This document shows positions 38,735-49,059 of a stretch of 64,000 nucleotides of DNA, in pieces. The stretch lies in contig OZ244799.1 in NCBI GenBank assembly GCA_965219955.1, forward strand, positions 3,904,001 through 3,968,000. The letters run 5' to 3'. Made by a program: the position numbers and the translations under genes. Source of the DNA: a bacterium. GTDB lineage: Bacteria; UBA8248. Below the pieces are notes generated by a model. It had not been told where the DNA came from. It saw only the letters and a list, made by a program, of their open reading frames with translations, and made no database searches. How positions within the stretch are numbered: the stretch's first letter is position 1; every line of letters starts with the position of its first letter.

Positions 38735-39546
38735 ATCGGACTCCTTGCTTGATGAGATGCCGGATTATAGTCGCACAGGGGGTGAATCGAACAGCGGCGG
38801 ACGATTTCTTTTCACAGGCTCTTCCTGCAGGACGGGTTGAAAAAGCACCGATCAGGGGAGGTTTTGGCCCCGTATTTCCCCGCATTTGCGGTTATCGCCC
38901 CGCATCGGAATGCGGCAGAATCTCCCGCGAGTAGCGCAGAGGAGACGTTCTCATGGACGCGAGGAATGCGAAAAAGGGAAAGCAGCGGCCGGCCCCTCAT
39001 CAGGGAAGACCGGCCGGCTCCGTTCGGCCGATCATCCTTCTCCCGGCGATCGGGACTGCTCTTTCGCGATCGGGGACCAGCCGCGAAGAACGCGCGGCGA
39101 ATTTCGATAAAATACCGGAAAATAAGATAAATATAGATAAATTCACGGGGTTTTTCGATAAAAAACGAAAGCGGGAAAGCATTGCAAATAGTTGTAATAA
39201 AATGACTTATTTTACATATCTGAGCACAGGCGACTCAAATATGAGCACAAATTTTTTTCGCGCCCCGCATTTGCGATGAATTGCGCGGCTCTCCCCGCAT
39301 TTACCCGCAACTGCCCGCAGGAAGGCTCGGTGGGCCGCCGCGGCGAGGCGAAGACCCGGCGCGGGCTTCCTCTCCGCCGTCGCGTGAGTCTCCATGCCGC
39401 CCGCCGCCGAAGCCGGGTTATTCAAAAGCCCCCCAAGGGGAAATGGTTACATCATTCCCTGTCACATCTAGGCCCTTGTTCCCCACGATCGGGACATGTA
39501 TGTAGTTCCCGTTTATTTTCCCTGGTTTCTCTTGTAGGCTTCAGCC

Positions 39547-39825
39547 ATGCCGAAATTATCCCTTAACCGCTTGATCCACGACATTCAGCCCCTCGAGAAG
39601 CGCGAGGCGTTCCTGCGCGACCCGCTCGAATTCGCGCGCGGCTATGACGTCACCGACGCGGAGCTTGCGGCGGTTCGCGATTCCGACGTGCGCGCCCTGT
39701 GGAGCTTCGGCGCGAACCCCTACCTGCTGCGGGTGCTGCAGTTTCGCGCAGGGATATCGGATGAAGATTTCCGGGCGGCGCTTGCAGGCCTCTCCTATCC
39801 GCGTCCCGACGAGGGGGAGATATAG
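39547..39825 (+). CDS. LigA-like small subunit of extradiol dioxygenase
   Basis: 92 aa, REAFLRDP...GANPYLL; ends 1 nt before the LigB-like gene. Confidence 0.7.
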   Translation: MPKLSLNRLIHDIQPLEKREAFLRDPLEFARGYDVTDAELAAVRDSDVRALWSFGANPYLLRVLQFRAGISDEDFRAALAGLSYPRPDEGEI

Positions 39826-39826
39826 G

Positions 39827-40654
39827 ATGGCTGAGATCGTCGGCGCCTTCGCGGCCAGCCATACGCCTCTTTTTTTGCTGAGGCACGATGCGCCCGCGGA
39901 AGACGTGAGGGAAGAGGTCTTCTCCTCTTACCGCAGGATGGCCCGCGAGGTTGTCGAAAGGGGCGCCGAGGTGATGGTCCTGCTGGGGAACGATCACTTG
40001 CACGCCTTCTCCATGGACAGATACCCCGCCCTGGCCATCGGCGCAGGTCCCCGCTTCGGCCCGGTGGAGACCGAGCCTTTCCTCCCGCCTGACATATACG
40101 AAGGCGCCGAGGGGCTGGCATCCCACCTTACGCGGGGGCTGCTGGCGAGCGGCTTCGACCCCCTGTTGTGCCGGGAACTGGCGCTCGATCATTCCTTCGT
40201 CTCGCCCCTGGCGCTCATGGGCGATACGGGGCTGCCTATCGTGCCGATCCTCCAGAATACAGTGGCGCCGCCCCTGCCGCCCGCCGCGCGCTCATACGAA
40301 CTCGGCGTCTCGCTGAGAAGATTGATTGAGAGCTATGCGGGACACGAGCGCGTGGCCGTGGTGGCGACGGGCGCGCCCTCGCACTGGATCGGAACCCCCG
40401 AGCAGGGCGACATCGACGAGGCGTGGGACCGCGAGGTGATCGACTTGCTTTGCCGCGCCGACGCGAAGGGTCTCTCCGCGTGGCCCCAGGCCAAGATCGA
40501 TGAGGGCGGAAACGGGGGCAACGAGATCAGGACATGGATATCCGCCGCCGCTCTGAGCGGAGACACCGAAGCGAATCTTTGGATCTACCGGATAGAGCCC
40601 CTGTGGTTTCTGGGGGTGACGGTTATCGAGTGGCCCATCGGGCCTGCTCTTTGA
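39827..40654 (+). CDS. LigB/MhpB-type class III extradiol dioxygenase
   Basis: ASHTP, NDH, LDHSF, ATGAPSHW, NEIRTW. Confidence 0.88.
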   Translation: MAEIVGAFAASHTPLFLLRHDAPAEDVREEVFSSYRRMAREVVERGAEVMVLLGNDHLHAFSMDRYPALAIGAGPRFGPVETEPFLPPDIYEGAEGLASHLTRGLLASGFDPLLCRELALDHSFVSPLALMGDTGLPIVPILQNTVAPPLPPAARSYELGVSLRRLIESYAGHERVAVVATGAPSHWIGTPEQGDIDEAWDREVIDLLCRADAKGLSAWPQAKIDEGGNGGNEIRTWISAAALSGDTEANLWIYRIEPLWFLGVTVIEWPIGPAL

Positions 40655-40678
40655 GCGATTACGAAGGAGGATGAAGGA

Positions 40679-41668
40679 ATGCCGAAAGCGGTTCTTTTTG
40701 ACGAGTTGGGCGGCGCGGACGTGCTCCGCGTGGCGGAAGTTCCTGATCTGGAGCCGGGGGAGGGCGAGGTGCGGGTCGCCGTGGAGACGATGGGGCTCAA
40801 CCGGGCGGAAGTTCTCTTCCGGGAGGGCCGCTACCACGACAAGCCGGTGTTCCCCTCCCGCATCGGCTACGAGGCCTGCGGGGCGATAGACGCTGTGGGT
40901 CCGGGCGTGGAAGGTCTGGCGGTGGGCGACCGAGTGAGTACGATTCCCTGTTTCTCGATGGTGGAGCACGGGGTGTGCGGCGAGCAGGCGGTCGTTCCGG
41001 CGTTCGCCGCCGCCCGCTATCCCGATAACCTCTCGCCCGCCGAGGCCGCGTCCATCTGGATGCCGTATTTCACCGCATACGGCGCGCTCATCGAATTCGG
41101 AGGATTGAAGGAGGGTGACACCGCCCTGCTCACGGCGGCGAGCAGCAGCGTGGGCGTCGCGGCTGTTCAGATAGCGAAATCAGTGGGCGCGCGTGTCATC
41201 GCCACGACGCGCGGCGCGGGAAAGAAGGATTTCATCCTGGGTGTGGGAGCCGATCACGTAGTCGTGACGGATGAGGAGGATTTGGCCGAGCGGGTGATGG
41301 ATATTACGGGAGGCACGGGCGCCGACGTCGTCTTCGACCCCGTCGTCGGGTCCACGCTGCCGAAAGTTGCCGATGCGACCGCGTACCAGGGCTCGATTTT
41401 CCTCTACGGCCGCCTCTCGCCCGAGGATGCGGTGATACCCCTGTTCCCGGCTCTCCGGAAAGGGCTGACCTTCAGGTGCTACACGATCATGGAGATCACG
41501 AAGTTCCCGGAAAAAAGGGAAAAGGGGAAGAAGTTCATCTACGAGGGCCTGGAATCAGGCGCGCTCAGGCCCATCGTCGCGAAGACGTTCCCGCTCGATG
41601 AAGCGGTGGGGGCGTACAAGTACATGGAATCGAACCAGCAGATGGGCAAAATCGTCGTCGAGGCGTAA
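40679..41668 (+). CDS. Zn-independent MDR oxidoreductase (quinone reductase-like)
   Basis: GLNRAE, GYEACG, AASSSVG, QMGKIVV. Confidence 0.9.
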   Translation: MPKAVLFDELGGADVLRVAEVPDLEPGEGEVRVAVETMGLNRAEVLFREGRYHDKPVFPSRIGYEACGAIDAVGPGVEGLAVGDRVSTIPCFSMVEHGVCGEQAVVPAFAAARYPDNLSPAEAASIWMPYFTAYGALIEFGGLKEGDTALLTAASSSVGVAAVQIAKSVGARVIATTRGAGKKDFILGVGADHVVVTDEEDLAERVMDITGGTGADVVFDPVVGSTLPKVADATAYQGSIFLYGRLSPEDAVIPLFPALRKGLTFRCYTIMEITKFPEKREKGKKFIYEGLESGALRPIVAKTFPLDEAVGAYKYMESNQQMGKIVVEA

Positions 41669-42138
41669 GCCGCGGGTCTTTGAAATCCCAAGCCGGGGGC
41701 ATCGTTTTACCCCCTTGTCAGGAGGGCTTTCTTTTGTCTCTCTCGTCGGGGAGGTTTTCCGCGAAGGCGGAACCTGCGTGCAAGCACCCAACCCCTCATC
41801 CTGAGTAGGCGTGTCAGCGCCGTATCGAAGGAGGGGGGAACGAACATCTCCCGACCGGTGCGGGGCCTCGCCCTTCGATACGCGGCTTCGCCGCTACTCA
41901 GGGTGAGGTCAATATGGCAGCTGCGGGTTTCGTCCTTGCCTCGCCGCACCGGAGTGTGTAGGGGCCGCATATATGCGGCCCGTCGTTGGAAGGCAAAAAG
42001 GCCGGGTCGCATGTATGCGACCCCTACACACAAACAAATTTTCCCTCGGAGGGGGACTTTTTCAACAACCCCCTCAAGGGGGGAGTGAAATCCGGCATAC
42101 TTTTTCTGTAGGCTTTTTCAACGCGCTCCGCGCCGGAG

Positions 42139-43788
42139 CTAGCCGAACGGGCGGGCGTGGGAGTAGCCCATCTCCTCGCTCGTGATGAACTCGAGCAGCG
42201 CAGGCGTCCCCTCTTCAGTCACGCGCCTCGCTTCCAGGAAGGCGGGGCCGACCTCGCCCGGCTCCTCCACGCGCTTCGCCCAGCCGCCCAAGGCCCTGGC
42301 GATGTCGGCGTATTCGCCGCCCACGTCGCGCGTGCCGTATTTCTCATGAGAGAGCGCCATGTGGCTGGTCTCCACCGCCATGGTGGAGTTCTTGAGCACC
42401 ACCGTGCAGATGGGCAGGTTCTCGCGCACGGCGGTCTCGAAATCGAGCCCCGTCATGCCGAACGCCGCATCGCCCATGAAGTTCACACAGAATTTATCGG
42501 GCGCGGCGAGTTTCGCGCCCATGGCGAGGCCGAGCCCCGTGCCGAGCTGGTGCGATTTCCCCCAGCCGAGATAAGACCTGGGCGTGTCGCTAAGGTACAT
42601 GGGCAGCATCTCGTACCGCGGGTTCCCCGAATCGTGGGTGGCGATGGCCTCCGCCGCAGGGACGTTCCGCATCAGCTCCCCGATGACGCGGTAGGGGTTG
42701 ATGGGTTTTTCATCCGAAGTGAGCTTGGGTGCCCATTCATCGAGCCAGGCCTTCCGCGCCTCCGCCACCTGCGCCTGCACACTCTTGTCTCTCTCCGCGT
42801 TCTTCACCCGCTCGGCGCAGCAGTCGATGAACTGGCGCAGCACGAGCTTCGCGTCACCGAGCACGGGATGATCGGCGGCGTAATTCTTGTTGATATCTAC
42901 GGAATCGTTCGTCGCGTGGACGATGGTCTTGCCGCCGGGCACGCGCGTGGCGAGGCCGTGGTCGGTGAGGCTCGTGCCGACGGCGAACACGAGGTCCGCG
43001 TCTCTTAGGAAATGATAGGCGGGACCCGCCATGACGCTCGAACCGACGCCGAGGGCGAGGGGGTGGTTCGCTTCCGATATCGCGCTCTTGCCCTCCATGG
43101 TGGTCAACACGGGAACCTGGAGGAGTTCCGCCAGCTCGCGCAACTCATCCGTAGCTTCGGCGTAGAGCACGCCCGCGCCCGCGAGGATCACCGGACGCTT
43201 CGCCTCGACCAGCGCGCCTGCGGCGCTCTCCACGTCTTGGGGATCCGCCTGGGCGCGCGTTCGCTTCACGGGCGTGTAGCTTTCGAGCATATCTTCCGAG
43301 ACTTCCGCCCCCGCCACGTCTTCGGGCAGCTCGACGAGCACGGGGCCGGGGCGCCCGTTCCGCATCGCGTGAAAGGCGCGGCGCATGGCGTCCGCCGCCC
43401 GTTCGGGCACGTTTATCTGCTCGGCCGATTTCGTCACCGAGGCGTAGGAGTCCACGGAACTGAACATGGGGAACACGCGGTCGCGTCCCCTGGCGTGGCC
43501 CAGGGGGAGCAGCAGCATGGGCGTGGAATCCGAATACGCGGTCGAGATGCCCGGAAAGGCGTTTTCCGCCCCCGGCCCGTACTGCATGGTGAAGACGGAA
43601 GGAGAAGCGCCGTTGGTGACGCGGGCGAAGCCGTCCGCGATGCCCACCCCCACGCGCTCCTGACGGCAGACGATGGGCCGGATGCCGATAGCGGCGGCCG
43701 CTTCTATCTGGACGGTGGTGGGGTAGCATTTGAGGTTCCTCACCCCTTCGCGCTTCAGGATTCCGGCGATGACGTCGACGACGCGCAT
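42139..43788 (-). CDS. ThDP-dependent enzyme, acetolactate synthase-like
   Basis: CRQERVG, GPGAEN, GDAAFGM...KN. Confidence 0.9.
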   Translation of the reverse strand: MRVVDVIAGILKREGVRNLKCYPTTVQIEAAAAIGIRPIVCRQERVGVGIADGFARVTNGASPSVFTMQYGPGAENAFPGISTAYSDSTPMLLLPLGHARGRDRVFPMFSSVDSYASVTKSAEQINVPERAADAMRRAFHAMRNGRPGPVLVELPEDVAGAEVSEDMLESYTPVKRTRAQADPQDVESAAGALVEAKRPVILAGAGVLYAEATDELRELAELLQVPVLTTMEGKSAISEANHPLALGVGSSVMAGPAYHFLRDADLVFAVGTSLTDHGLATRVPGGKTIVHATNDSVDINKNYAADHPVLGDAKLVLRQFIDCCAERVKNAERDKSVQAQVAEARKAWLDEWAPKLTSDEKPINPYRVIGELMRNVPAAEAIATHDSGNPRYEMLPMYLSDTPRSYLGWGKSHQLGTGLGLAMGAKLAAPDKFCVNFMGDAAFGMTGLDFETAVRENLPICTVVLKNSTMAVETSHMALSHEKYGTRDVGGEYADIARALGGWAKRVEEPGEVGPAFLEARRVTEEGTPALLEFITSEEMGYSHARPFG

Positions 43789-43979
43789 GTGGCTTCTCCT
43801 ATCGGTTCGGTGGATGCGTTTGTCCGGGGCTTCAGTTTCTCACAAGTTTGGAGTTAAGGAAATTTCCGCGCACGGGGGCGCGCTCGGGCGGTTTTCGCTA
43901 CAATGCGCGACCATCTTGAGAGAATTCATGGGACAGGAGGCGTCGCTCCCGCACCTTTTCAGCAAAAGGAAGCCCGGCC

Positions 43980-44747
43980 ATGGCCAATCGAGAAGCAACC
44001 ACCTACGAAGTCAAGAACCACGTCGCGTATCTCACCCTGAACCGGCCCGAGAAGAAAAACGCCATCAACTACGCCATGCGCAAGGAGGTGCAGGACGCGT
44101 ATGTGGACATCAAGCACAACCCGGACGTCTGGGTGGCCGTCATCACGGCGGCGGGGGACGTATTCTGCTCGGGCAAGGACATCGTGGAGAAGATGCCCGA
44201 GGGCGACGCCCAGGTGATGTCGAACGACGAACTTTATCTGTATCTCCGCTATCTCTACAAGCCCGTCATCTGCGCCATCAACGGCCCCTGTCTGGCCCAG
44301 GGGGCGGGCTTCGCGTTGAACTCGGACATCCTGATTTTTTCAGAGCGCGGGTCCATGGGCTGGCCGCAGGTGCTCCGGGGGATATCCTCGGTGAGCGGCC
44401 CCGCCATGTGCGCGCACGCGATTCCCTGGACGCAGGCGATGAGCTACCTGATGCGCGGCAAGTTCATCCCCGCCGAGGAGTGCCTGCGCTTAGGGATAGC
44501 CACCGAGGTGGTGCCGCACGAGGAACTGCTGCCGACGGCTGTGCGCTACGCGCACGAAATCCTGGAAGCCGCGCCCATGGCGGTCTGCGCCATCAAGGAG
44601 GCGGCGCGCCGGGGCGAGGACCTGGGCTATAAGGACAGGGTCTACATGTCGCGCGACGTGGCGGATCGCATCCTGAACACCGAAGACTCGAAAGAAGGAA
44701 TCCTCGCATTCCGCGAGAAGAGAAAGCCCGAGTGGCGAGGCAGATAG
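43980..44747 (+). CDS. Crotonase/enoyl-CoA hydratase superfamily protein
   Basis: LNRPEKKNAI, FCSGKD, KPVICAING, AFREKRKPEW. Confidence 0.9.
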   Translation: MANREATTYEVKNHVAYLTLNRPEKKNAINYAMRKEVQDAYVDIKHNPDVWVAVITAAGDVFCSGKDIVEKMPEGDAQVMSNDELYLYLRYLYKPVICAINGPCLAQGAGFALNSDILIFSERGSMGWPQVLRGISSVSGPAMCAHAIPWTQAMSYLMRGKFIPAEECLRLGIATEVVPHEELLPTAVRYAHEILEAAPMAVCAIKEAARRGEDLGYKDRVYMSRDVADRILNTEDSKEGILAFREKRKPEWRGR

Positions 44748-44809
44748 GCTGCTGTTTCCCTTATTTTTCTCAATACATGCAAGAGCCAATGAAATGGAGA
44801 TGAACCTGG

Positions 44810-45817
44810 ATGAGCGATAAACCCGTGGTCTGGGTGGGAACCCCATTTATCCTGAATTTCGATGACCCGATGGAGATGTTCCAGCCCCTGGTGGACGAGG
44901 GGCTTGAGGTGCGCCTCGACGAGTGCCGGGGCTACATGCCCGAGGAAGACGTCATCGCGGCCCTGCCGGGCGTCACCGCCGTCATCGCGGGGGCGGAGCC
45001 TTATACGGCAGGCGTGATGGATGGCGCCCCCGGGGTGAAAATCATCGTGCGCGCCGGCGTGGGCCTGAACAACGTCGACATACCGGCGGCCACCGAGCGC
45101 GGCATACTCGTGGCGAACTCGGCGGGGCAGAACTCACAGTCCGTGGCGGAGCACCTCTTCGGCATGCTGCTCTGCGCCGTCCGGCGCATCGGCTGGCTGG
45201 ACACAGAAATCAGAAAGGGCCTGTGGCGGGAGATTCAGCCCCCCATGCGCCCGCTCAACGGGATGACGATGGGGATACTGGGGTTCGGGAACATCGGCAA
45301 GCAGGTGGCGAAACGGGCCGTCGCCTTCGACATGAACGTGATCGCCCACGACATCGTGCAAGACGAGGAGACGGCGAATGCGCTGGGCGTGCGCTTCGTG
45401 AGCCTGGAAGAGCTGGCGAGGGAGTCGGACTACCTCACCTGCCACGTGCCCCTGACGCCCGGGACGACGCACATCATCAACCGCGAAATCTTGACCCTCA
45501 TGAAGCCCGACGCCTACGTCTTCAACACCTCGCGGGGGCCCGTTTTCGATCTCGACGCTGTTACGGAAGCTCTTCAAAACGGCGTCATCCGGGGCGCGGG
45601 CATCGACGTGTTCCCCGAGGAGCCGCCCGATTATTCGCATCCCGTCTTCACGCTCGATAACGCCGTGCTCGCCCCCCACTTGGGCGGCCGTGGCGAGGAT
45701 GCGATTCGCAACACCCTCCGCCACACGACCGAGTGCGTCCTCGCCTACTTCCGGGGCGAGCGGCCGTCCACCCTCGTGAATCCCGAAGTCTATGAGGTTC
45801 TGGCAAGGGGGAGGTGA
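44810..45817 (+). CDS. Phosphoglycerate dehydrogenase-like 2-hydroxyacid dehydrogenase
   Basis: RAGVG, VAEH, GFGNIG, NTSRG, DVFPEEP, PHLG. Confidence 0.9.
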   Translation: MSDKPVVWVGTPFILNFDDPMEMFQPLVDEGLEVRLDECRGYMPEEDVIAALPGVTAVIAGAEPYTAGVMDGAPGVKIIVRAGVGLNNVDIPAATERGILVANSAGQNSQSVAEHLFGMLLCAVRRIGWLDTEIRKGLWREIQPPMRPLNGMTMGILGFGNIGKQVAKRAVAFDMNVIAHDIVQDEETANALGVRFVSLEELARESDYLTCHVPLTPGTTHIINREILTLMKPDAYVFNTSRGPVFDLDAVTEALQNGVIRGAGIDVFPEEPPDYSHPVFTLDNAVLAPHLGGRGEDAIRNTLRHTTECVLAYFRGERPSTLVNPEVYEVLARGR

Positions 45818-46101
45818 GGCAGCCTGCGAAACCCCGGTACGTTCCTGTGTAGGGGCTGCATACATGCGGCCCATTGTTGGTGGGCGAAAAATCAGGGTCG
45901 CATATATGCGACCCCTACGAAGATTATTTCCCACCGAGGAGAACTCCAAATCAACAGCCCCCGTAGGGGCGGGCCTCTGTGCCCGCCCGTATGGGGGATG
46001 CCTATCCCCGTAGTTTCCTCGGACAGGCACGGATGCCTGTCCCTACGGCGAGCAATCTCGAAGGGTGGACAGGATTTTTTCAACAACCCCATATATGCCC
46101 G

Positions 46102-46560
46102 CTACAACGTCCCGTTGATGGCGTAGTTGAGGATCCGCACCACCTGTTCGGGTTCCTCGGCCACGGCCATGGCGGCGGCGTCGACTTCCTTGAGGGCGTG
46201 GGTGTGGCCCGCGTCGTGCAGGGTGATGAGGGCTTTCCCCAGAGCCGCCGCGTAGCCCGCGTCGAACGCGGCGTTCCACTGCCTGTATTTCTCCCCGAAG
46301 CGCACGACCACCACGTCCGCCTTCTCGATGAGCGTGCGCGTCCTGATGGCGTTCACGCCCGCGCCCTTGCGGTCTTTCCAGAACGGTTTTTCCTCATCGC
46401 CGAGAATCGACACGCCGCAATCGTCGCTCGCGTCGTGGTCCGTGACGGGGGCGAGAAAGGTGATCGGCAGGCCCGCCCTCTCCGCTCCCCCGGTGATGCG
46501 TTCGCGCCAGTCGGTGTGCACTTCCCCGGATAGATAGACCGTCCAACTCGTCTGCGACAT
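46102..46560 (-). CDS. YtoQ family protein
   Basis: VYLSGEVHTDWRE, RFGEKYRQWNAAFDAG, HALKEVD. Confidence 0.88.
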   Translation of the reverse strand: MSQTSWTVYLSGEVHTDWRERITGGAERAGLPITFLAPVTDHDASDDCGVSILGDEEKPFWKDRKGAGVNAIRTRTLIEKADVVVVRFGEKYRQWNAAFDAGYAAALGKALITLHDAGHTHALKEVDAAAMAVAEEPEQVVRILNYAINGTL

Positions 46561-46629
46561 GAACCATGCTCCTTATGCATTGAAGATAAATGGTGTGGTT
46601 GATGGAAATTTTTCAGATGGCGCGACGTG

Positions 46630-46660
46630 AAAAACCCCGGCCCTTTCGGACCGGGGTCTT
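46630..46660 (-). terminator. Intrinsic terminator
   Basis: Minus strand CCCCGGTCC-GAAA-GGGCCGGGG-TTTTT. Confidence 0.8.
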
Positions 46661-46736
46661 TCATCGTTCGGTGACCTGGTGGGGATTCGCCTGGGCGAAG
46701 AATGAACCCATGGGAATCTCCTCAGGGCTCTCTCCC

Positions 46737-46775
46737 CTAGGCGCCGGTCACCTCGTCCCTACAGTGTATTTTCAT
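46737..46775 (-). CDS. Putative 12-aa peptide MKIHCRDEVTGA
   Basis: Preceded by AGAAAGGAGGTGATCC-TAAT-ATG; framed by its own promoter-like element and a terminator. Confidence 0.5.
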   Translation of the reverse strand: MKIHCRDEVTGA

Positions 46776-46807
46776 ATTAGGATCACCTCCTTTCTGACGT
46801 ACCTGGA

Positions 46808-46836
46808 ATCATCGGGAAAGCGAGGAGAAAAGTCAA
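46808..46836 (-). promoter_or_regulatory. Putative sigma70 promoter of the small transcript
   Basis: TTGACT-17 bp-GATGAT on the minus strand. Confidence 0.5.
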
Positions 46837-46935
46837 GGCGCAATATGCAGGGCCGACTGACAGCGTGGCGTCCTCCGTGATATACAAAACTCCGCATGGT
46901 CGGCTTGCCGTTTCAGGCGATGGCCCCACTCCCGC

Positions 46936-47028
46936 GGAGAGGTGTCCGAGAGGCCGAAGGAGTACGACTGGAAATCGTATAGGTGCCCACAAGGTGCCTC
47001 GAGGGTTCGAATCCCTCCCTCTCCGCCA
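46936..47028 (+). tRNA. tRNA-Ser(GGA)
   Basis: GGAGAGG/CCTCTCC acceptor stem, anticodon arm TACGA-CTGGAAA-TCGTA, long variable arm, GGTTCGAATCC, encoded CCA. Confidence 0.96.
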
Positions 47029-47173
47029 GTTTTCATACCGGCAGACTTGTCGGGAGAGTTGAGCTGCCCGCATTCTCTTTTCTACGGGCGCGCCGCCCTC
47101 GGAACATACCCCCGGCCGTGCGGATGGAGCAGACGCTTTGCGAAACGCCGCGAAGAACGAGAATAAAACAAGA

Positions 47174-47638
47174 TTGAATTTCTTCCGCCTGGACGCGACC
47201 CAGCAGCTTCCCATAGAACCCGACGCCGCCTGGGCGTTTTTCTCGAATCCCCGGAATCTCGCGGAGATCACGCCGCCCGAACTCCACCTGGTCGTCGAGA
47301 ACGAGTTGCCTTTGAAGATGCACCCCGGCGTCCTCATCTGCTACCGGGTGAAGCCCCTTCTCGGGATTCCGGTGCACTGGGTCACGGAGATCACCCACGT
47401 GGAGGAGGGCAGCTTCTTCGTGGACGAACAGCGCTTCGGCCCCTATCGCTTCTGGCACCACCAGCACCATTTTCAGCCGATCGAAGGAGGCGTCGAGATG
47501 CGCGACATCATCCACTACAAGCTGCCGCTGGGGCCTCTCTCGTTCCTGGTCGACAGCTTCGTGGTGGGGCGGCAACTGCGCCGCATCTTCTCCTACCGCG
47601 AAGAGGCGCTCACGAAGCGCTTCGGGCGGATGAATTGA
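47174..47638 (+). CDS. SRPBCC family protein (start uncertain)
   Basis: WAFFSNPRNLAEITP, FVDEQRFGPYRFWHHQHHF, IFSYR. Confidence 0.85.
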   Translation: MNFFRLDATQQLPIEPDAAWAFFSNPRNLAEITPPELHLVVENELPLKMHPGVLICYRVKPLLGIPVHWVTEITHVEEGSFFVDEQRFGPYRFWHHQHHFQPIEGGVEMRDIIHYKLPLGPLSFLVDSFVVGRQLRRIFSYREEALTKRFGRMN

Positions 47639-47761
47639 ATATGCGCCCCTCTATGGACTTGGAGCGCGACACGCTATAGAACATGAGACACCCGGCGGGA
47701 CGCACATCACCCGGGGCGTCCGGGAACCCTTTCTACTTCATGCACCGTCTGGAGATATCCG

Positions 47762-48592
47762 ATGAAAATCATACTCGCAATCGCTCTCTCGCTATTCATG
47801 GCTTCGGCCTCTTTCGCGCAGGAGATCGCAAAGGAAAAACCCACCAACCCGGTCCTTTTGATGAAGACGAATTTCGGCGACGTCTACATCGAGATGTTCC
47901 CCGAAGAAGCCCCCAAGACGGTGGCGAACTTCATGGACCTTGCCATGGGCAAGCGCGTCTTCGTCGACCACAAGACCAGCGAGAAAGTGAAGCGCCCGTT
48001 CTTTGACGGGCTGAAGTTTCACCGCGTCATCAAGGAGTTCATGATTCAGGGAGGCGACCCCAAGGGAAACGGAACCGGAGGGCCCGGGTACAACTTCGAG
48101 GACGAGATCAACGCCGACGCCCTGGGCCTGCACAAAATGAAGGCCGTGAAGGATGGGCGTCCCCACGCCTTCCTGCCCATCAGGAACCAGAGCGATTTCC
48201 AGCGCACCCTGGTGAATCCCCTGTTCCAGAAGATGGGCATCCGCTCCCAGGCCGACCTCGACAAGCGCAGGGAAGAAGTGAAGAAGCGCATCAACGATCT
48301 CACGCTCAAGGACGCGTACGAGAACATGGGCTACCGCTTCAACGGGAAGCTCAAATCGCGAGCGCCCGTGAAGGGCGTGCTCGCGATGGCGAACTCGGGC
48401 CCCAACACGAACGGCTCGCAGTTTTTCATCAACCTGATCGACACCCCCTGGCTCACCGGCAAGCACACGGTTTTCGGAAAAGTGGTGAAGGGGATGAACG
48501 TGGTGGAGAAAATCGGCGCAACGCCCGTGGGAGCGGGAAGCATGCCGCAACAAGAGGTGCGGATCATCTCGATCCGGCTCCACACGCCCTGA
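47762..48592 (+). CDS. Cyclophilin-type peptidyl-prolyl isomerase with signal peptide and internal insertion
   Basis: FHRVIKEFMIQGGDP, LAMANSGPNTNGSQFFI, WLTGKHTVFG. Confidence 0.95.
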   Translation: MKIILAIALSLFMASASFAQEIAKEKPTNPVLLMKTNFGDVYIEMFPEEAPKTVANFMDLAMGKRVFVDHKTSEKVKRPFFDGLKFHRVIKEFMIQGGDPKGNGTGGPGYNFEDEINADALGLHKMKAVKDGRPHAFLPIRNQSDFQRTLVNPLFQKMGIRSQADLDKRREEVKKRINDLTLKDAYENMGYRFNGKLKSRAPVKGVLAMANSGPNTNGSQFFINLIDTPWLTGKHTVFGKVVKGMNVVEKIGATPVGAGSMPQQEVRIISIRLHTP

Positions 48593-48756
48593 ATGGGGGT
48601 TGTTGGGAAAAGCTGGTCTGCCCCTCCGCAAACCTCCAACGCCTTTTTCCTCACCCTGAGTAGCCGCCGAAGGCGGCGTATCGAAGGGCGAGAGGGCATC
48701 CTTCGATACGCGGCTCCGCCGCTACTCAGGATGAGGCGGAGAGGGTTTTTCAACAG

Positions 48757-48935
48757 CCCCTTTGAGGGTCTGGCTTCCCGAGGGGAAAGCCAGACGATGA
48801 AGCCGAGCGGTTTGTGCGAAGGCCGATTCGGTGGGGGGTAAAATGCGTTTTCTTGCCATCCGAATTATCCCCCCCACCGATTCGCTTGCGGGCTTACGCC
48901 CTTAGCTCATCAACTCCCCCTCAAGGGGGGAGTGA
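48757..48935 (-). mobile_element. MITE-like element A, copy 4 (left TIR truncated)
   Basis: Same interior as the other copies; left end fused to TTTTTCAACAGCCCC. Confidence 0.75.
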
Positions 48936-49059
48936 TTCCTTTCTTCTCGGTTGCCGATGACCCTCAAGGAGGGAATGGTTGTTGAGTGCTCTCAAGGGGA
49001 GAGTGAAATTTAGCGCGCTCCTTCTATGGGCTTTTTCAACAACGCCCGCGCGCAAAAGG

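Noticed and set aside
46780-46795. GGATCACCTCCTTTCT read as a 16S rRNA gene fragment
   Set aside because: No other 16S sequence flanks it; it fits better as a minus-strand extended Shine-Dalgarno
46936-47028. Long-arm tRNA as tRNA-Sec (selC), or as an integration site
   Set aside because: Anticodon is GGA with a 7-bp acceptor stem, so it is tRNA-Ser; no integrase or duplicated 3' end seen nearby
47762-48592. Insertion of about 60 aa in the cyclophilin as a possible intein
   Set aside because: Too short, and lacks Cys/Ser start and His-Asn end; more likely a helical insertion
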